DNA of 64,000 nt from Lepidodermella squamata (Eukaryota; Animalia; Gastrotricha): NCBI GenBank assembly GCA_047495785.1, contig JBLDXI010000017.1, forward strand, positions 1,550,001 through 1,614,000, given 5' to 3'. Position numbers and translations under genes: made by a program. Under the pieces are notes generated by a model. That model saw only the letters and a program-made list of their open reading frames with translations, was not told the origin of the DNA and searched no databases. Shown here one piece after another: positions 61,735 to 64,000 of the stretch (position 1 is the stretch's first letter; the number at the start of each line of letters is the position of its first letter).

Positions 61735-62898
61735 ATGGAACTGTCGAAATGCTTCAATTTTATTGGTGAAACATCGACGATTAACCAGTCATGGTTTTGC
61801 ACGGAAAATGGAACGGAATGTGGTTTCCTCTACGATCAGCAGTACAACCGACCTGAAGCAGCATGCGGCTTGCTCGAAGCTATCATCATCATGAGTATCA
61901 GCGCGATGGGCATTCCGCTTAACCTCATTGGCTACTTCAATTTTCGAGGTCGTCGGGTAAAGCCCGAGTTAACGTTTCTCATTGGCGTTCACTGCTTTTT
62001 CAACTGCATTTTGCTTTCAATTATCGGACCGATGAAAGGTCTTGCGCGATATATGGACAGCATGCCATTTGGCGCGGCTGGTTGCTATGTATCCCTTCTT
62101 GGCGGGACGGTCATAATGTCGTCCTCCTTGATGATCCTGGCGCTCATCAGTGTCGAGAGGAGACTATGCACAACGACTAGCAACCGTACAGTTCGCGGGT
62201 CTCGTTTGATTTGGTACGCCATTGCCGTAGTTGGAGTCACTGTGTTCAGTTTTCTTACATGGCTCGCTGTTTTCTATGGACTAGACGTCATAGAGCCGAT
62301 GAATGTTTTGACGGTAAAGGGCCGGGTTACCGCATGTGTTGTCTTCACCAATCGCTTGTCAAGACTTGGCGCCGTCGAACTCATTTTCTTCATTTTAACT
62401 TTCATTATACCCCTAGGAATAACTGTGGCAAACTATGGGTAAAATACTTATGCTAATTTGACAAGAACCAATAATGTTGTATCGTTTTTTCTTTTAAGGA
62501 TGCTTTGGCGTTACGTCAGAGGCGCGCACACAGCTACAAACTACCCAAGCGAATCAAATGACGACTCGTCCTCAAAAGCGTCCCTAGCAACCAGAAGAAA
62601 ATCGTCTAGCAGGGCAGTCAGTTTCAAACATCAAACTAAACGCGAAACTTTTCTCAGTCTCTTGATGGCGCTGTCAGTTGTAGAATATCTACTGCTTATA
62701 ATGCCTTTAGAAATTGTTGTTGCAATTGTATGGCTTGATGAGCGTCAAGGACGCGTTTTGAATTCCAATCTGTCATTTGCTGGCTATGTGATGGTTATCA
62801 TTGAAGCCTCCTTAAACCCGTTCTTACCAAGTTTCATCAGGCACAGAGCTAATGTGCGCCGGAGCCGTTCCAAAACGGACTCTGGCAGTGAGGCATAG
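61735..62898 (+). CDS. Rhodopsin-class GPCR 4, FFAR4-like (2 exons, intron ~62439-62498)
   Basis: INQSWFC..ECGFLYDQQYNRP..CGLLE; LARYMDSMPFGAAGC; ISVERR; IEASLNPFL. Confidence 0.82.
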
Positions 62899-63556
62899 AT
62901 GAAGATTGATATTAAAATGACGATATTCTTACGAAGCATTTGAAATCTCTAATTGATACCCAGGTATTTTTTAGATGCGCTCCAGGCTATAATGTAGCAG
63001 ATGACCTTGCCAGTGTGAAAACACGCGACTATTTCCCACACCAGGTAGGATATTGTATGCAGTGCCCACTTGCCTGAGGAAGTATTTTTCTTCGCGGCCC
63101 GTAAGTGCATGAAGCCGTGCAAATTATTGGGTGAAGATGCGTATAATAGACCATAGCGTAGCAGTAAAAGAAAACACCCAAGTGCATGCATCGTGAAATA
63201 ATAAAGAGTGATTCTCGCGTACTTATATTCGTCGCGCTGGTGGCTACTATACCGGCTATAAAGTGCGAGCGAAAAAGCTACGAATATATTGAATTTCCAC
63301 TAATACATACGGCCACTGGGCAGCGTTTTTTGTATAGTTGACCATCATCCGGTCGGCAGGCATTCAGTGCTAACAGCCGCCGCCCATAACTACACACTGT
63401 TTTTCGCTCAAATTGTGACATAATAGCGCGCAGAACACGAGCCATTTAAAATATACGCAAACATCGCATATTATATATCAGTCCTCTAAAATAATCGACA
63501 CATTCCGCGATCAAATGACATGCATTGCAATTTTGAAAAATATTGATAGATAGAAG

Positions 63557-64000
63557 ATGGATTTGTTGAAGTGTTTTACATACCTCGAACCTGAGTCTTC
63601 AATTAACAAGTCTTGGCACTGTCGAACCAATGCCGTCAGCAACACTTCATCAGACTGCGGATTTCTCATCGACCAGCAATTCAATCGCCCACCCAATTGC
63701 GGATATTACGAGGCCGGTCTCATTATTTTCGTTAGCCTCATGGCGTTTCCATGTAATATGGTTGGATACTGGAACTTTTTGAACCGCCAACTGCATCCAG
63801 ATTTACTATTCCTGCTCGGAATTCAGTGTATCTGCAATGTAATGACAGCTTTTATTGGAATATTAAAAGGCTTGGCAAGATCTATGGATTCCTATCCTCT
63901 CGGCTCTCTTGGGTGTTACTTCGCGAATATCGGCGGAGCTTCCCTCTTAACGGCATCGCTTATGGTATTCGCTCTGATAAGCTTCGAACGGCGCCGTAGT
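63557..64000 (+). CDS. Rhodopsin-class GPCR 5 (5' part; runs off the window end; absent from the ORF track)
   Basis: ATG at 63557, open to the end: MDLLKCF..INKSWHC..DCGFLIDQQFNRPPNCGYYE...LARSMDSYPLGSLGC..ISFERRR. Confidence 0.85.
   Translation, partial: MDLLKCFTYLEPESSINKSWHCRTNAVSNTSSDCGFLIDQQFNRPPNCGYYEAGLIIFVSLMAFPCNMVGYWNFLNRQLHPDLLFLLGIQCICNVMTAFIGILKGLARSMDSYPLGSLGCYFANIGGASLLTASLMVFALISFERRRS

Noticed and set aside
1-64000. Prokaryotic-type systems (CRISPR arrays, defence islands, IS elements), rRNA or tRNA genes
   Set aside because: The sequence is spliceosomal-intron-containing animal DNA; I saw no regularly spaced repeats, rRNA or tRNA cloverleaf.

Overview
Gene-dense, compact animal (invertebrate) genomic DNA with canonical GT-AG introns that are mostly about 45-60 nt; the species cannot be identified from this window alone. 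In order, the window holds: a Jun-like bZIP gene, an orphan gene, a calmodulin-like gene, FEZ/UNC-76, AUH, a SLIRP-like RRM gene, exportin-5 (hosting a U37/SNORD37-like snoRNA), a Cys-rich single-pass membrane protein, TANGO1/MIA3-like, RPS9, mLST8, and COG2 with a complete PIG-S gene nested on the same strand in its second intron. After these come a ~22 kb tandem array of nine divergent, modular TRIM-NHL-type genes and a cluster of five FFAR4-like orphan GPCRs interrupted by PHYHD1. The most striking unexplained structure is a 24-bp long-range RNA duplex (27488-27511 with 29513-29537) that would loop the whole nested PIG-S gene and two paralogous C/D snoRNAs out of the COG2 pre-mRNA. Most other long introns in the window are also packed with inverted repeats, which suggests RNA folding is used systematically to shorten long introns. 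Very short same-strand intergenic gaps with unpaired splice acceptors suggest operons resolved by SL trans-splicing (inference). Gene models were built by hand from splice signals and reading frames; no database searches were run.
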